A stretch of DNA of 64,000 nucleotides from an uncultured Clostridia bacterium. Lineage in GTDB: Bacteria > Bacillota > Clostridia > Christensenellales > CAG-314. The notes below the pieces were generated by a model that made no database searches, was not told the origin of the DNA, and saw only the letters and a list, made by a program, of their open reading frames with translations. Numbering within the stretch: position 1 is the first letter of the stretch; every line of letters starts with the position of its first letter. Of this stretch, positions 45,401 to 53,036 are shown piece by piece. The stretch spans positions 26,308-90,307 of the forward strand of contig CANRFV010000004.1 of NCBI GenBank assembly GCA_947629985.1, in the 5' to 3' direction. The position numbers were made by a program, and so were the translations under genes.

Positions 45401-45878
45401 TCCAATGGGTGTTTTTGCAGGCGGTATTGTCGGACAAAATTCGGGCAATGTGATTAAATGCTCGTTCGGCGGCAAGGTTGAGGCGAACATGTATAATATG
45501 CATTGCTATTGCAACGACAACAAGGCTGGAACTAGTGGTAAGGGACAAGCCAATTGTTTTGCAGGCGGGTTGGCTGGACAAAACGAAGGAACAATATCGC
45601 AATCGGAAGCAAATGCACAAGTGCGTGCTTGGATTGAATTAAACAATAACGGAAATGGCAATGGTTGGGTTGGCGATATGTACGTTTGGGGAGTTTGTTA
45701 TGCTTGCGGATTAGTGGGTAGCAATGTCAATGGAACGGTAGATGGTACGTCTAATTGTACACAACAAGCGGATTACAGAATATTTGCTCCGCAATCTGTT
45801 TTCGGTCCACAATACAATTGGTCCACAAAAGGGCATGCCGACAACCTTACTATTGGCACATCGGATACTTATAAATAA
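42459..45878 (+). CDS. Giant polytopic membrane protein: helical N-region, TM block, BspA-type LRRs, Listeria-Bacteroides-type repeats and GLUG-motif domain
   Basis: 1139 aa. LRR_5-like units (..ITTIGDESFAHSRGLRHITLPQNVTEIGARAFYDC..). Two pairs of Flg_new/InlB-B-like repeats (..YTVKFYADGK..GYTGIWENY..; ..TGYAFDGWYIG..). C-terminal GLUG-like repeats (FAGGIVGQNSGNV, FAGGLAGQNEGTI, ACGLVGSNVNGTV). Confidence 0.7.
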   Translation: MTIEELISDINSLIGNLSSDVENYTGIHNLLENTLQDLTAFRRCCDEENYCVDKKVRKLVESRNPNLSSPLTYTWAKHLFNAVSAMTDKNSQKPKRSRRYISIIIITGILLSALLGLSIASFFLLPKNERNLYSLFTMLVGIADFICGISFFIYECISDKNKPLATNGDNAPSERTYSKSQRKCAYICAVGAFVLSMFALVIMLILAFKPFQIPYEKAQSMWAWSCISSILSLIVVAFGVFQLKRGTLVQVFVLVTVVVCIGSIVFQHLFKPVAARNDIVEYIANEDGSAYQAVIIPQDVETDYVIAANYDGKPITSIGRKDPEKPLYIKSLDIGANITTIGDESFAHSRGLRHITLPQNVTEIGARAFYDCVDLVDVTVNCNLTKVGNEVFDKCNALSTVWWNSNGNSVGFGDIFVSCESIRTVILGHSINSIATNMFNNCKSIEEVVLYENIKSIGTGAFANCDSLQSVFYRGNADQWQNITVGRDCQSLMSAQIYYYSQQEPQLSDDGLSYNGNYWHSDDSGLPVVWKYTPPTYTVKFYADGKLCKEVTYIKNDTHIEEPAVPAKKGYTGIWENYTLNNNDIVVNAVYTAKTYTLNLDYNGADGENSKKSITATYDQPVVGLPTPTKTGYAFDGWYIGEQKISSSTKWQNDAEESYTLIAHYKTIYVVRFYVGGKHYKDIKYLEGQSTIEEPAVPVKKGYTGAWEKYTLNNSNITVNAVYTAKTYKLIFDYNGATDSVGLDSKIVTYGEIVGDLPQPTAGLANIFVGWYIGDVCIKSSTVWTYDEQDVYTVQAHYECLDFYGGSGTEQNPFLIESVDDFLNIKLYPTVYYELIADIDMTGIDYTVINSFSGNFDGKGHWINNLSLYSNAVETNKIGIFGVNNGTVRNLNLRNCSFTLSPPHHNNTVTNYCGTIAGVNNGTIENCHILESKVISNSSDVADKFMAQFNEDPREIVRGSANWAKWITQEFAAHISSWPAVPMGVFAGGIVGQNSGNVIKCSFGGKVEANMYNMHCYCNDNKAGTSGKGQANCFAGGLAGQNEGTISQSEANAQVRAWIELNNNGNGNGWVGDMYVWGVCYACGLVGSNVNGTVDGTSNCTQQADYRIFAPQSVFGPQYNWSTKGHADNLTIGTSDTYK

Positions 45879-45904
45879 TCTAAAATATATTAAGGAGTAA
45901 ACCA

Positions 45905-46606
45905 ATGACAATCGACACACAAGCAATCAAAAATTTATTACAGCGCGAAGCACCGGAAAGCGACAGCGACGAGCAGTTGCTTTGTAGTGCCGACGGCAAA
46001 TTGAACGAGATTTTGCAACAGGCAACCGAAGAAGACTCGGCAGCGGTGGAGTCTATACGCGCATACGCCGAGTCCAACGAAACAAACAAGCGCAAATTGC
46101 TTGCTTTTTGCGCCAATTTCCAAGATCCAACCGTGCGCGGGCAACAGGCGGTTTGCGGCGGGGCGCAAATTCAATTACATGCTATGTTGGAAGATAGCGA
46201 ATTGTACCAATTGCAACAATTTGTCAAGAAACATCAATATGATATTTCTTTCCCGTCTACCGTGTACGAAATGATGGATCAACGCAATATGACCGCCCCG
46301 CAAGTGTATAGCAAAGCTATGATGAGTCGGCAAGACTTTGCGCGCGCAACCGACCCGCGTGGCAAAAATGTAACGCGCAGAGTGGTTTGGCAAATCATTA
46401 TCGGTTTGCACTGTACAATCGATGAGGCAGAAAGCGTTTTGTTTTCTGCGGGATATACAATGCACAAAACTCGTCTTGATTTGATAATGGAGTACTTTGT
46501 CAAACACAAAAACTACGATATGTATGCTATAAATGACGCCTTACAGAGTTGTAACGAAAAAATGTATCTGTTATACAGACAGGTAAGAGACGATGACGTC
46601 GGCTAA
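45905..46606 (+). CDS. Hypothetical protein with degenerate HTH-like C-terminal half
   Basis: 233 aa. ..MTAPQVYSKAMMSRQDFARATDPRGKNVTRRVVWQIIIGLHCTIDEAESVLFSAGYTM.. resembles a divergent XRE-type HTH module common in Clostridia. Last gene before the terminator. Confidence 0.5.
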   Translation: MTIDTQAIKNLLQREAPESDSDEQLLCSADGKLNEILQQATEEDSAAVESIRAYAESNETNKRKLLAFCANFQDPTVRGQQAVCGGAQIQLHAMLEDSELYQLQQFVKKHQYDISFPSTVYEMMDQRNMTAPQVYSKAMMSRQDFARATDPRGKNVTRRVVWQIIIGLHCTIDEAESVLFSAGYTMHKTRLDLIMEYFVKHKNYDMYAINDALQSCNEKMYLLYRQVRDDDVG

Positions 46607-46668
46607 GTACCGTACTAAAAATTAAAAACGCAAGTATCTCGCGCAAAAAATCGAATATTAAAAATTAT

Positions 46669-46696
46669 GGCGAAGCAATTTGGCTTCGCCTTTTTT
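46669..46696 (+). terminator. Rho-independent terminator ending the 34152-46606 operon
   Basis: GGCGAAGC-aatttg-GCTTCGCC followed by TTTTTT. Confidence 0.8.
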
Positions 46697-46781
46697 GTAA
46701 CGAAAATATTGACGCGGCGAGCACCATGCGTGTGCTAAAATACAGACAAAATCAAACGTCAAACGTTGGGGAGGGGCAAGT

Positions 46782-47162
46782 ATGAAAAAAACGAATAAAA
46801 CCAATATTGAAAAGCACGAGGACCTGCTTGATGTTCTGTTGGACGAGAACAACCGCGATCCGATCACGCTGATGGACGACAACGGCAAGACCATAGAGTT
46901 TGAGCAAGTTTGCGTTATTCCTTACGCTGTTGAAGGCAAGCAGCGCAAGTTGTACGTTGTACTAAAGCCAATCGATCACATTGACGGCGTTGCCGATGAC
47001 GAGGCAATAGTATTTCGCGCAGAAACCGATAACCGAGGAAATACTTTTTTGGCGCTTGAAGATAATGAGTCCGTTGCCATCGACGTGTTCAACCAATATT
47101 ACGATCTGCTCGAAGCGGAACAAAAAGCCAAACGACAAGGCAAAGGAGGGAAAAATGACTAA
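46782..47162 (+). CDS. DUF1292-family small acidic protein
   Basis: 126 aa. ..DPITLMDDNGKTIEFEQVCVIPYAVEGKQRKLYVVLKPID..DEAIVFRAE..FLALEDNESVAIDVFNQYYDLLE.. fits the DUF1292/UPF0473 pattern. Confidence 0.65.
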   Translation: MKKTNKTNIEKHEDLLDVLLDENNRDPITLMDDNGKTIEFEQVCVIPYAVEGKQRKLYVVLKPIDHIDGVADDEAIVFRAETDNRGNTFLALEDNESVAIDVFNQYYDLLEAEQKAKRQGKGGKND

Positions 47163-47730
47163 CAAAAAAGAACAATATTCGCCGCAATATGCGCTCAGCC
47201 GCAACACGGTAAATATTTTTGGCCCTATCGATGACGATATGGCGCAATCCGTCATCTCACAATTGCAATATCTCGACGACAACGGGGCAGAAGAAATTAC
47301 ATTGCAAATATGCAGTCCGGGCGGAAGCGTCAGCGCAGGGTTGGCAATTTACGATACGGTTAACTATATCAAGGCCCGTGTTGTTACAGTCGGCGTCGGA
47401 ATGTGCGCGTCGATGGGGGCGTTTTTGTTGTCGGCAGGCAGCAAGGGTTATCGCAAGGCCACGCAAAATTGCGAAATACTCATTCACCAACCGTTGGGCG
47501 AAGCACAAGGTCAGGCAAGCGATATAATCATTGCCGCCGAGCATATCAAGCGCACGCGTGAGCGTATCAACAGTATTTTGGCGGCAAACACAAACAAATC
47601 TATCGAAGCCATAGCAATAGATACCGATCGCGACAAAATAATGACCGCCCGTGAAGCAATGCAGTACGGGCTTATCGATGAAGTAATACCAAGTATCAAC
47701 AAAGCCAAAGGAGAAGAAAATGCCGCTTAA
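47155..47730 (+). CDS. clpP: ATP-dependent Clp protease proteolytic subunit
   Basis: Start set to ATG 47155 after AAGGAGGG. ..ICSPGGSVSAGLAIYDTVNYI..VGMCASMGAFLLSAG..ILIHQPLG..GQASDI.. contains the catalytic Ser (ASMGA), His (IHQP) and later Asp context. Confidence 0.9.
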   Translation: MTNKKEQYSPQYALSRNTVNIFGPIDDDMAQSVISQLQYLDDNGAEEITLQICSPGGSVSAGLAIYDTVNYIKARVVTVGVGMCASMGAFLLSAGSKGYRKATQNCEILIHQPLGEAQGQASDIIIAAEHIKRTRERINSILAANTNKSIEAIAIDTDRDKIMTAREAMQYGLIDEVIPSINKAKGEENAA

Positions 47731-49300
47731 TTTACAAGAAGAACACATACTTATCGACTATTTCAAAACGTGCATTGCGGTAGGCGACCGTGTGGATTAC
47801 AACACAATTTTTGATTTGTTAATGCGCATACATAACGTCGAAACGTCTCGCGCAATACAATTAAAAGAAAAGTGCGCTTTTGCGGAGTTAAACGAACTTA
47901 CGGATATGCAATCGTGCAATCTTTACACGCGCACTTGCGATTTTTTGCAAATGCAGCAAAAGCGAAACCCCTTATCCAAGGAGCAACAGCAGATTGTCTC
48001 AATCAAAATCAGCGCCGTAAAGCAACTTTCCGCGCAGGGATTGTGTGCGGACGCGTATACAACCGAAATACAATTTTGGCACAACCTGGAAACGGCTGCA
48101 AACAACGGCAGCGTGGACGCCTTGCGTATCGGCGGTTTGATGATGGCAGAAAAACTTTTGTCGCACAACGGCGATGGGCTCGATTGGCTCAACAAAGCGG
48201 GGTCTTGGCTGGATTACACTTCGCTTATGTATCTTAGCAACATCGTTATGCCCAACAAGCCTATTAAATACGACATCAATTCTACACTCGGAGCCGCTTG
48301 CGATTATTATGGATATCCTTACCCAAAGAAATTGTCGCGTGAACGCACGCATAACATTACCGCTCACAACGCTTTTTTGTTGACGTCTGCGGTGGATATG
48401 AACAAATTGTCGACGGACAAAATTCACCCACTCTACCACAAGTTGATTTATTCTCCCGTATTATCGGAAAGCGACAAGGACAGACTGCTTTTGCGCGGCG
48501 AGTATTCCGAAAGCGAACTCTCGTTGTTGCCCATAGATATTCATTACGGGGCGAGTATGTGCTTTGATAATTGCGGACGCAAATTCCCACGCAAGGCAGA
48601 TCTCAACCTGCTTGAAGACGCCTACGCAAAGCAAGGACAAACCACATTGTTTATCAATTGCGACGACGCCGATTCGACTGACAAATTGGTAGACCGCATA
48701 GTAAATGCACATATCGGCAGCAATTGCACGCATGTTGCAACAATCGACGCGGCAGACCTGCAATCGGTAGATTTCGATCGATCATCGCAAAACGTTTTTG
48801 TTCGCAATCTCGTCAACGGTGTGCCCAACGCGCTTTTGTTGCGTATAGCGGGACGCGTTTCGACAAACATATTGCAACAAATAAACGAATTTTTTACCGA
48901 CAAACAACACTACAAACTTTCAAGACCCAATGTGGTATTGGATCTGTCCGATGTGCCGGTTTATTGTTTGTGCGATGCGCAAAACGCCCAATATTTTTCG
49001 GACAAGACGTTTGTAGACATTGCACCTATGACCGCGGACGAAAAGATCGAATACATAAGGGACATCGAAGTTCGCATCGACGAACGAGTAACGGGCAAAC
49101 AACAACCGTATCGGTTGACCGATGAAATGTGTCAATGGTTGTGCCAATATCCGCTCAAAAGGGTCGAGAGAGTAATGCGCGAATTGTTTGGCGACAAGCG
49201 GGACGAAAACTTTTCGTTTGAACAACTCAAATCAGTTTTTGTAAAGCACAACAAAAGTATAAAGCAAAACAGCTTCGGCTTTGGAGGACACACGGTATGA
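47720..49300 (+). CDS. Hypothetical 526-aa protein (possible Sel1/TPR-like middle, degenerate AAA-like C-terminal part without Walker A)
   Basis: Coupled to clpP (11-nt overlap) and to the next gene (ATGA). ..AANNGSVDALRIGGLMMAEKLL.. is Sel1-like. I saw no catalytic motif. Confidence 0.5.
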   Translation: MPLNLQEEHILIDYFKTCIAVGDRVDYNTIFDLLMRIHNVETSRAIQLKEKCAFAELNELTDMQSCNLYTRTCDFLQMQQKRNPLSKEQQQIVSIKISAVKQLSAQGLCADAYTTEIQFWHNLETAANNGSVDALRIGGLMMAEKLLSHNGDGLDWLNKAGSWLDYTSLMYLSNIVMPNKPIKYDINSTLGAACDYYGYPYPKKLSRERTHNITAHNAFLLTSAVDMNKLSTDKIHPLYHKLIYSPVLSESDKDRLLLRGEYSESELSLLPIDIHYGASMCFDNCGRKFPRKADLNLLEDAYAKQGQTTLFINCDDADSTDKLVDRIVNAHIGSNCTHVATIDAADLQSVDFDRSSQNVFVRNLVNGVPNALLLRIAGRVSTNILQQINEFFTDKQHYKLSRPNVVLDLSDVPVYCLCDAQNAQYFSDKTFVDIAPMTADEKIEYIRDIEVRIDERVTGKQQPYRLTDEMCQWLCQYPLKRVERVMRELFGDKRDENFSFEQLKSVFVKHNKSIKQNSFGFGGHTV

Positions 49301-50994
49301 TTTTCGGAAAAGAATTGCTTTCGGGATACGAAAACACGCGATTGCTGCGATACGCCGACTTGGAACAAAGCGGCTTAGACCTGATTTCGTTTGATGAGTT
49401 GCCGCAGAAAGACCGAATCGGGTTTATCAAAGCGTGTTTTTACGGCAAAGACGGCAAACTCAAATTGCTGTGTAGCAAGCCGGACTCTCACGCGCTATTG
49501 ATCGGCGCAACGGGTATGGGCAAAACAACCGGCGGACTTATACCCAATATATGCGCATTCGCCAACTTAAAAGATCCGCCTTCAATGATAATAACCGACC
49601 CCAAGGGCGAATTGCAGCAGCGTTACGACAGTTACTTAAAGGCACACAATTACAAAACCGTTACGTTGAGTTTCAGAGATCCCATTCACTCGGAAAAATT
49701 CAACGTTATCGGGCACATATACGATTTGTATATCAAGGCATACCAAGTCGAAAATGAAGTTGAAGTGGTGGAAACGGACAAGGGACCGCGCAACAAATTC
49801 GACGGTATAATATTCGACAGTCAATCGGCGTTGGATTTTGCAGTGGAACAAAAAATGCAAATACTCAAGGAAGACGCTTACAATGCGGTTGATGAGTTGG
49901 CGACGAAGGTTGTACCTATGGAATTGTCGAAAGACGTGTATTGGCCCTTGTCGGCGCAGGCTCTGTTAAAGGGTATTGTAAACGGTATGCTCGAAGATAT
50001 TTATGATTACGGAGATCGTCCGCCAATTACTCGAGAAACCTTTAATATGAATACCGTTATACAAATCCTTACCGCCATTGATTGCGACGATTCCAGAGTG
50101 GACGATAAAGGCTTTTTCAAAACTCGTCCGGATAACTCTCGCGCAATGTCGTTTGCGAAATATTCTATGTTGAACAACTCTCCCGTAACGCGCCGATGCG
50201 TGATGGGTGAATTGGACAGCGGTCTAACCCCATATAAATCCAGCGTAATACGAATGCTTACGTGCGCAAGCAGTTTTGACTTTTCCGAATTGGTGGAAGG
50301 CGATCGGCCGATAGCGTTGTTCGTCAACTTCAAAGACGAGATAAAGACGCAATATATGGTTATCAGCCAATTTTTGCAAACGTGTTACACCTATCTGATA
50401 CAGTATGCAAACGATCGTCCCGATGGCAAATTGGCAAAGCCGATATATTTTATGCTCGACGAATTCGGCAATATGCCGGCTTTTCAAAGTTTCGATTGCG
50501 CCATATCCGCTTGTCGGTCAAGGAATATCTTTTTTATGATTGTGTTGCAAAGTTATGCACAACTTGATAACGTGTACGGACCGAAGGTGGCGGAAATTGT
50601 GCGCGACAACGTTAATACGCATCTGTTTTTGGGTAGCAACAACCCGGAAACATTGGAAAAATTCAGCCGCGAGTGCGGCGAATTTGCGCAGATTTCTCCG
50701 CAAAGCGTGTTGCAGGGCAATTCCGACAAAATCGACGCATTGCTGATAGAACAAAATGTCCCGTGCGTTCCCAAGAGTAGGCTGGCAGTGCTTGGCGAAG
50801 GAGAATGTGTTGTTACCGAGGCAAATTGCGGTTATGTTCTCCTGTCTCACATCGAACGGTCCTACAAATGCAAAGAATTTGAATGCAAAGAACTTTTCGA
50901 TCAAAAAAACTACGTGTCGTCAATTAACCCGTTTGACGCCAAATATGTGTATCGTGCCGCCACGCAGACAAAGCCGCCGCGCAAAATGTGGTAA
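49297..50994 (+). CDS. VirD4/TraG-family (type IV coupling protein-like) ATPase lacking an N-terminal membrane anchor
   Basis: ..HALLIGATGMGKTTGGLIPN.. (Walker A), ..PIYFMLDEFGNMPAF.. (Walker B context typical of TraG/VirD4), ..NTHLFLGSNNPETLEKFSRECG... The first 70 aa have no hydrophobic segment. Confidence 0.7.
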   Translation: MIFGKELLSGYENTRLLRYADLEQSGLDLISFDELPQKDRIGFIKACFYGKDGKLKLLCSKPDSHALLIGATGMGKTTGGLIPNICAFANLKDPPSMIITDPKGELQQRYDSYLKAHNYKTVTLSFRDPIHSEKFNVIGHIYDLYIKAYQVENEVEVVETDKGPRNKFDGIIFDSQSALDFAVEQKMQILKEDAYNAVDELATKVVPMELSKDVYWPLSAQALLKGIVNGMLEDIYDYGDRPPITRETFNMNTVIQILTAIDCDDSRVDDKGFFKTRPDNSRAMSFAKYSMLNNSPVTRRCVMGELDSGLTPYKSSVIRMLTCASSFDFSELVEGDRPIALFVNFKDEIKTQYMVISQFLQTCYTYLIQYANDRPDGKLAKPIYFMLDEFGNMPAFQSFDCAISACRSRNIFFMIVLQSYAQLDNVYGPKVAEIVRDNVNTHLFLGSNNPETLEKFSRECGEFAQISPQSVLQGNSDKIDALLIEQNVPCVPKSRLAVLGEGECVVTEANCGYVLLSHIERSYKCKEFECKELFDQKNYVSSINPFDAKYVYRAATQTKPPRKMW

Positions 50995-51200
50995 TAGGAT
51001 AACCGAATTAAGAACGATCGCGGATTCGACGCGTCGGACTTTAATCGTTTACAATCGAATTAAAAAAAACAGACGCGTCAAGCGATTTTTGCGTGCCGCA
51101 CGCCCAGCCCGAGTTTCCGTTGATACAAGGCATTTCGGGCATTTAACGTCAATTATTTGCGGCGTTGCAAATTCGACAAAATACAAATAAGGAGAAAAAA

Positions 51201-52460
51201 ATGGTAAATAAAGAAGAAATGAATTTATCGGACGAATTGTTGAAACGTAAAACGTTTTCTATACCGTCCGTACAAAAGGAATTGGGCATCGGATACAAAG
51301 AATTGCGTAACTGCGTAAGAGAATTGGAAAAAAACGGGCAGGCAACATTGTCGGATGACGGGTTGAATTATATAGTCGATAATTCTCGCCTTGTTGCGCA
51401 GCAATTGAATCAAGACGCCAAGTCGTCCGCTAAGCGCCCGTCGCAGTTTATACAGCCGTATGGCAAATCGGAAAAGGACGACGATGATGAGAAATCTCCG
51501 TTTGCTGAAATGATTGCCCGCCGCCGTCGTGAACTTATGGAAAGATTCGCCGAATTGAATGATGATGACGACGATGACGATGATGAAGAAGACGAAGAAG
51601 ATGAAGAAGACGATGACGACGATGATGAAGATGACGACGTCGCCGGTGCGCGCAAGGAAATTATGCGTCGCCGCCGCGAACAATATGAGCGTCTTGTTCG
51701 GCTTGAAAAAGAAACCCCAAATGATGACGAAGATGACTACAACAAGTTAACAATAAAAGGATTAGAGGAACTCCAACGTGAACTTGCAGAACATCTTGCC
51801 CATTTTAACAACGTAAATAATGGTGCGAATGACGATAAAGACGACGCGGAAGACAGTGATAAAAAAGCGTATGAGTTGTTGAAATCCGTCAGCGATCATT
51901 TGGACGAATACATTTCCGAAGCAAACGATTGCAAATTGATAGACGGAATAGACTATACCGACGACGTGGAGTATGCAAAAAAAATAACTAACAGGTTGGG
52001 AGACTTAGGATATAAAGTTAAACTTAAAGCCATTCAATACGGTAAAGCAACCACAAGATACGTTTTTGATTATCCCGTGCAAAATCAGGACATCAGGGCT
52101 GCGCATCTTCTTGTCGGCGTTATTAAGAGAGCAATATCCGCAAACGATGTAAAGATCGTGGCTCCGTGGTGCGGCGATACGGTTTGTATTACCGCATATC
52201 ACGCCGAAAAGTTTGACCCTTTGAGTAAATCGGCGCTGAAATATTGGATTTTGCGCAACGGCGGGCGCGCGTCGATTGCGTCTATACATAGGGGATTGGG
52301 CATAGAGTTTAACCGTGCTGGCGCAATAATGGAGCATCTTCAAAAAATCGGTTGTGTTGATCAATTATCTCCAAGTGATAACGTTTCCCAACCGCTAAGC
52401 GTAAAGATATCTTTACGAGAAATCGACATATTGTTTCCCAAATCACTCGGATGGGAATAA
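51201..52460 (+). CDS. FtsK-like protein with winged-helix (gamma-like) and alpha-like domains but no motor domain; long poly-Asp/Glu tract
   Basis: ATG 51201 after AAGGAG. The N-terminal WH reads ..FSIPSVQKELGIGYKELRNCVRELEKNG... The acidic run is DDDDDDDEEDEEDEEDDDDDDEDDD. The FtsK-alpha-like block is ..VKLKAIQYGKATTRYVFDYP..VKIVAPWCGDTVCI... The C-terminal gamma-like block is ..RASIASIHRGLGIEFNRAGAIMEHLQKIGCV... There is no Walker A/B. Confidence 0.55.
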   Translation: MVNKEEMNLSDELLKRKTFSIPSVQKELGIGYKELRNCVRELEKNGQATLSDDGLNYIVDNSRLVAQQLNQDAKSSAKRPSQFIQPYGKSEKDDDDEKSPFAEMIARRRRELMERFAELNDDDDDDDDEEDEEDEEDDDDDDEDDDVAGARKEIMRRRREQYERLVRLEKETPNDDEDDYNKLTIKGLEELQRELAEHLAHFNNVNNGANDDKDDAEDSDKKAYELLKSVSDHLDEYISEANDCKLIDGIDYTDDVEYAKKITNRLGDLGYKVKLKAIQYGKATTRYVFDYPVQNQDIRAAHLLVGVIKRAISANDVKIVAPWCGDTVCITAYHAEKFDPLSKSALKYWILRNGGRASIASIHRGLGIEFNRAGAIMEHLQKIGCVDQLSPSDNVSQPLSVKISLREIDILFPKSLGWE

Positions 52461-52751
52461 ATGCCGATGCAAACGGAACCACAAATCGGATTGACGACCA
52501 ATACACTATTAAAGGAAGAATTACCTGTTATGACAACGCAAACGCAACAAAGCAAATTTAACCAAAACACAACAACCGAAGCCGCACGCGACGCACAATT
52601 GATGCGTGGCGTTGCGGACGGGATAAGTAATAGACAGCGAGCAATCCGTTCTAAATTAAATTTTATCAATTATAGCAAAAACGTATCAGGATTGTATTCC
52701 CAAAAGATAGTCTGTCGTTACGTCAAAAAATATAGCAAAATCCGCCAATAG
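52461..52751 (+). CDS. Possible small protein (weak)
   Basis: 96-aa ORF starting immediately after the previous stop. Its 3' end overlaps the convergent XRE gene by 66 nt. Thr/Gln-rich, no recognisable family. Confidence 0.25.
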   Translation: MPMQTEPQIGLTTNTLLKEELPVMTTQTQQSKFNQNTTTEAARDAQLMRGVADGISNRQRAIRSKLNFINYSKNVSGLYSQKIVCRYVKKYSKIRQ

Positions 52752-52892
52752 TGATAGCGGCGGCTCTCGTTGATTTTTTTCATAGTGAAGGTACGTTACC
52801 GCATTTATATTAAACTTTTCGGCTATTTCTTTTTGCGTTAATCCGAACTCTTCTCGCAATTCTTTTAACCTTTGTCCCAAGATTATTTTCAT
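52686..52892 (-). CDS. XRE/Cro-CI-family HTH transcriptional regulator
   Basis: 68 aa. ..LGQRLKELREEFGLTQKEIAEKFNINAVTYLHYEKNQREPPLSLL..DYLLG.. is a canonical XRE HTH. RBS AGGGGAGG. Confidence 0.85.
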   Translation of the reverse strand: MKIILGQRLKELREEFGLTQKEIAEKFNINAVTYLHYEKNQREPPLSLLADFAIFFDVTTDYLLGIQS

Positions 52893-52911
52893 AGTTTTAT
52901 TGCCTCCCCTC

Positions 52912-52965
52912 TTGACATACTACCATTTTGGTAGTACAATATGTCCAGAACTACCGTTTTGGTAG
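52912..52965 (+). promoter_or_regulatory. Divergent-region promoter with two palindromic operator sites
   Basis: TTGACA (52912-52917), 17-nt spacer, TACAAT (52935-52940). CTACCATTTTGGTAG (52920-52934) fills the spacer, and a second copy CTACCGTTTTGGTAG lies at 52951-52965. Confidence 0.65.
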
Positions 52966-53036
52966 TTTGTGGCAAAAACAATGTTGTTATAAGAAAGGAA
53001 GAATAAACATTTAGCTTTATTTAAGGAGGTGAAGAT

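Noticed and set aside
51225-51683. Minus-strand ORFs 51225-51683 and 51410-51655 (poly-Ser/poly-Ile-Val products).
   Set aside because: They are the reverse complement of the GAT/GAA/GAC acidic-tract codons of the FtsK-like gene, so they are an artefact of the triplet repeat.
46782-52460. ClpP plus FtsK/VirD4-like genes as evidence of a conventional prophage (prohead protease/terminase) or a conventional ICE.
   Set aside because: I recognised no portal, major capsid, terminase, tail, holin/lysin, relaxase, VirB4 or VirB6-like genes anywhere between 31 and 55.4 kb. I therefore call it only an integrative element with unusual cargo.
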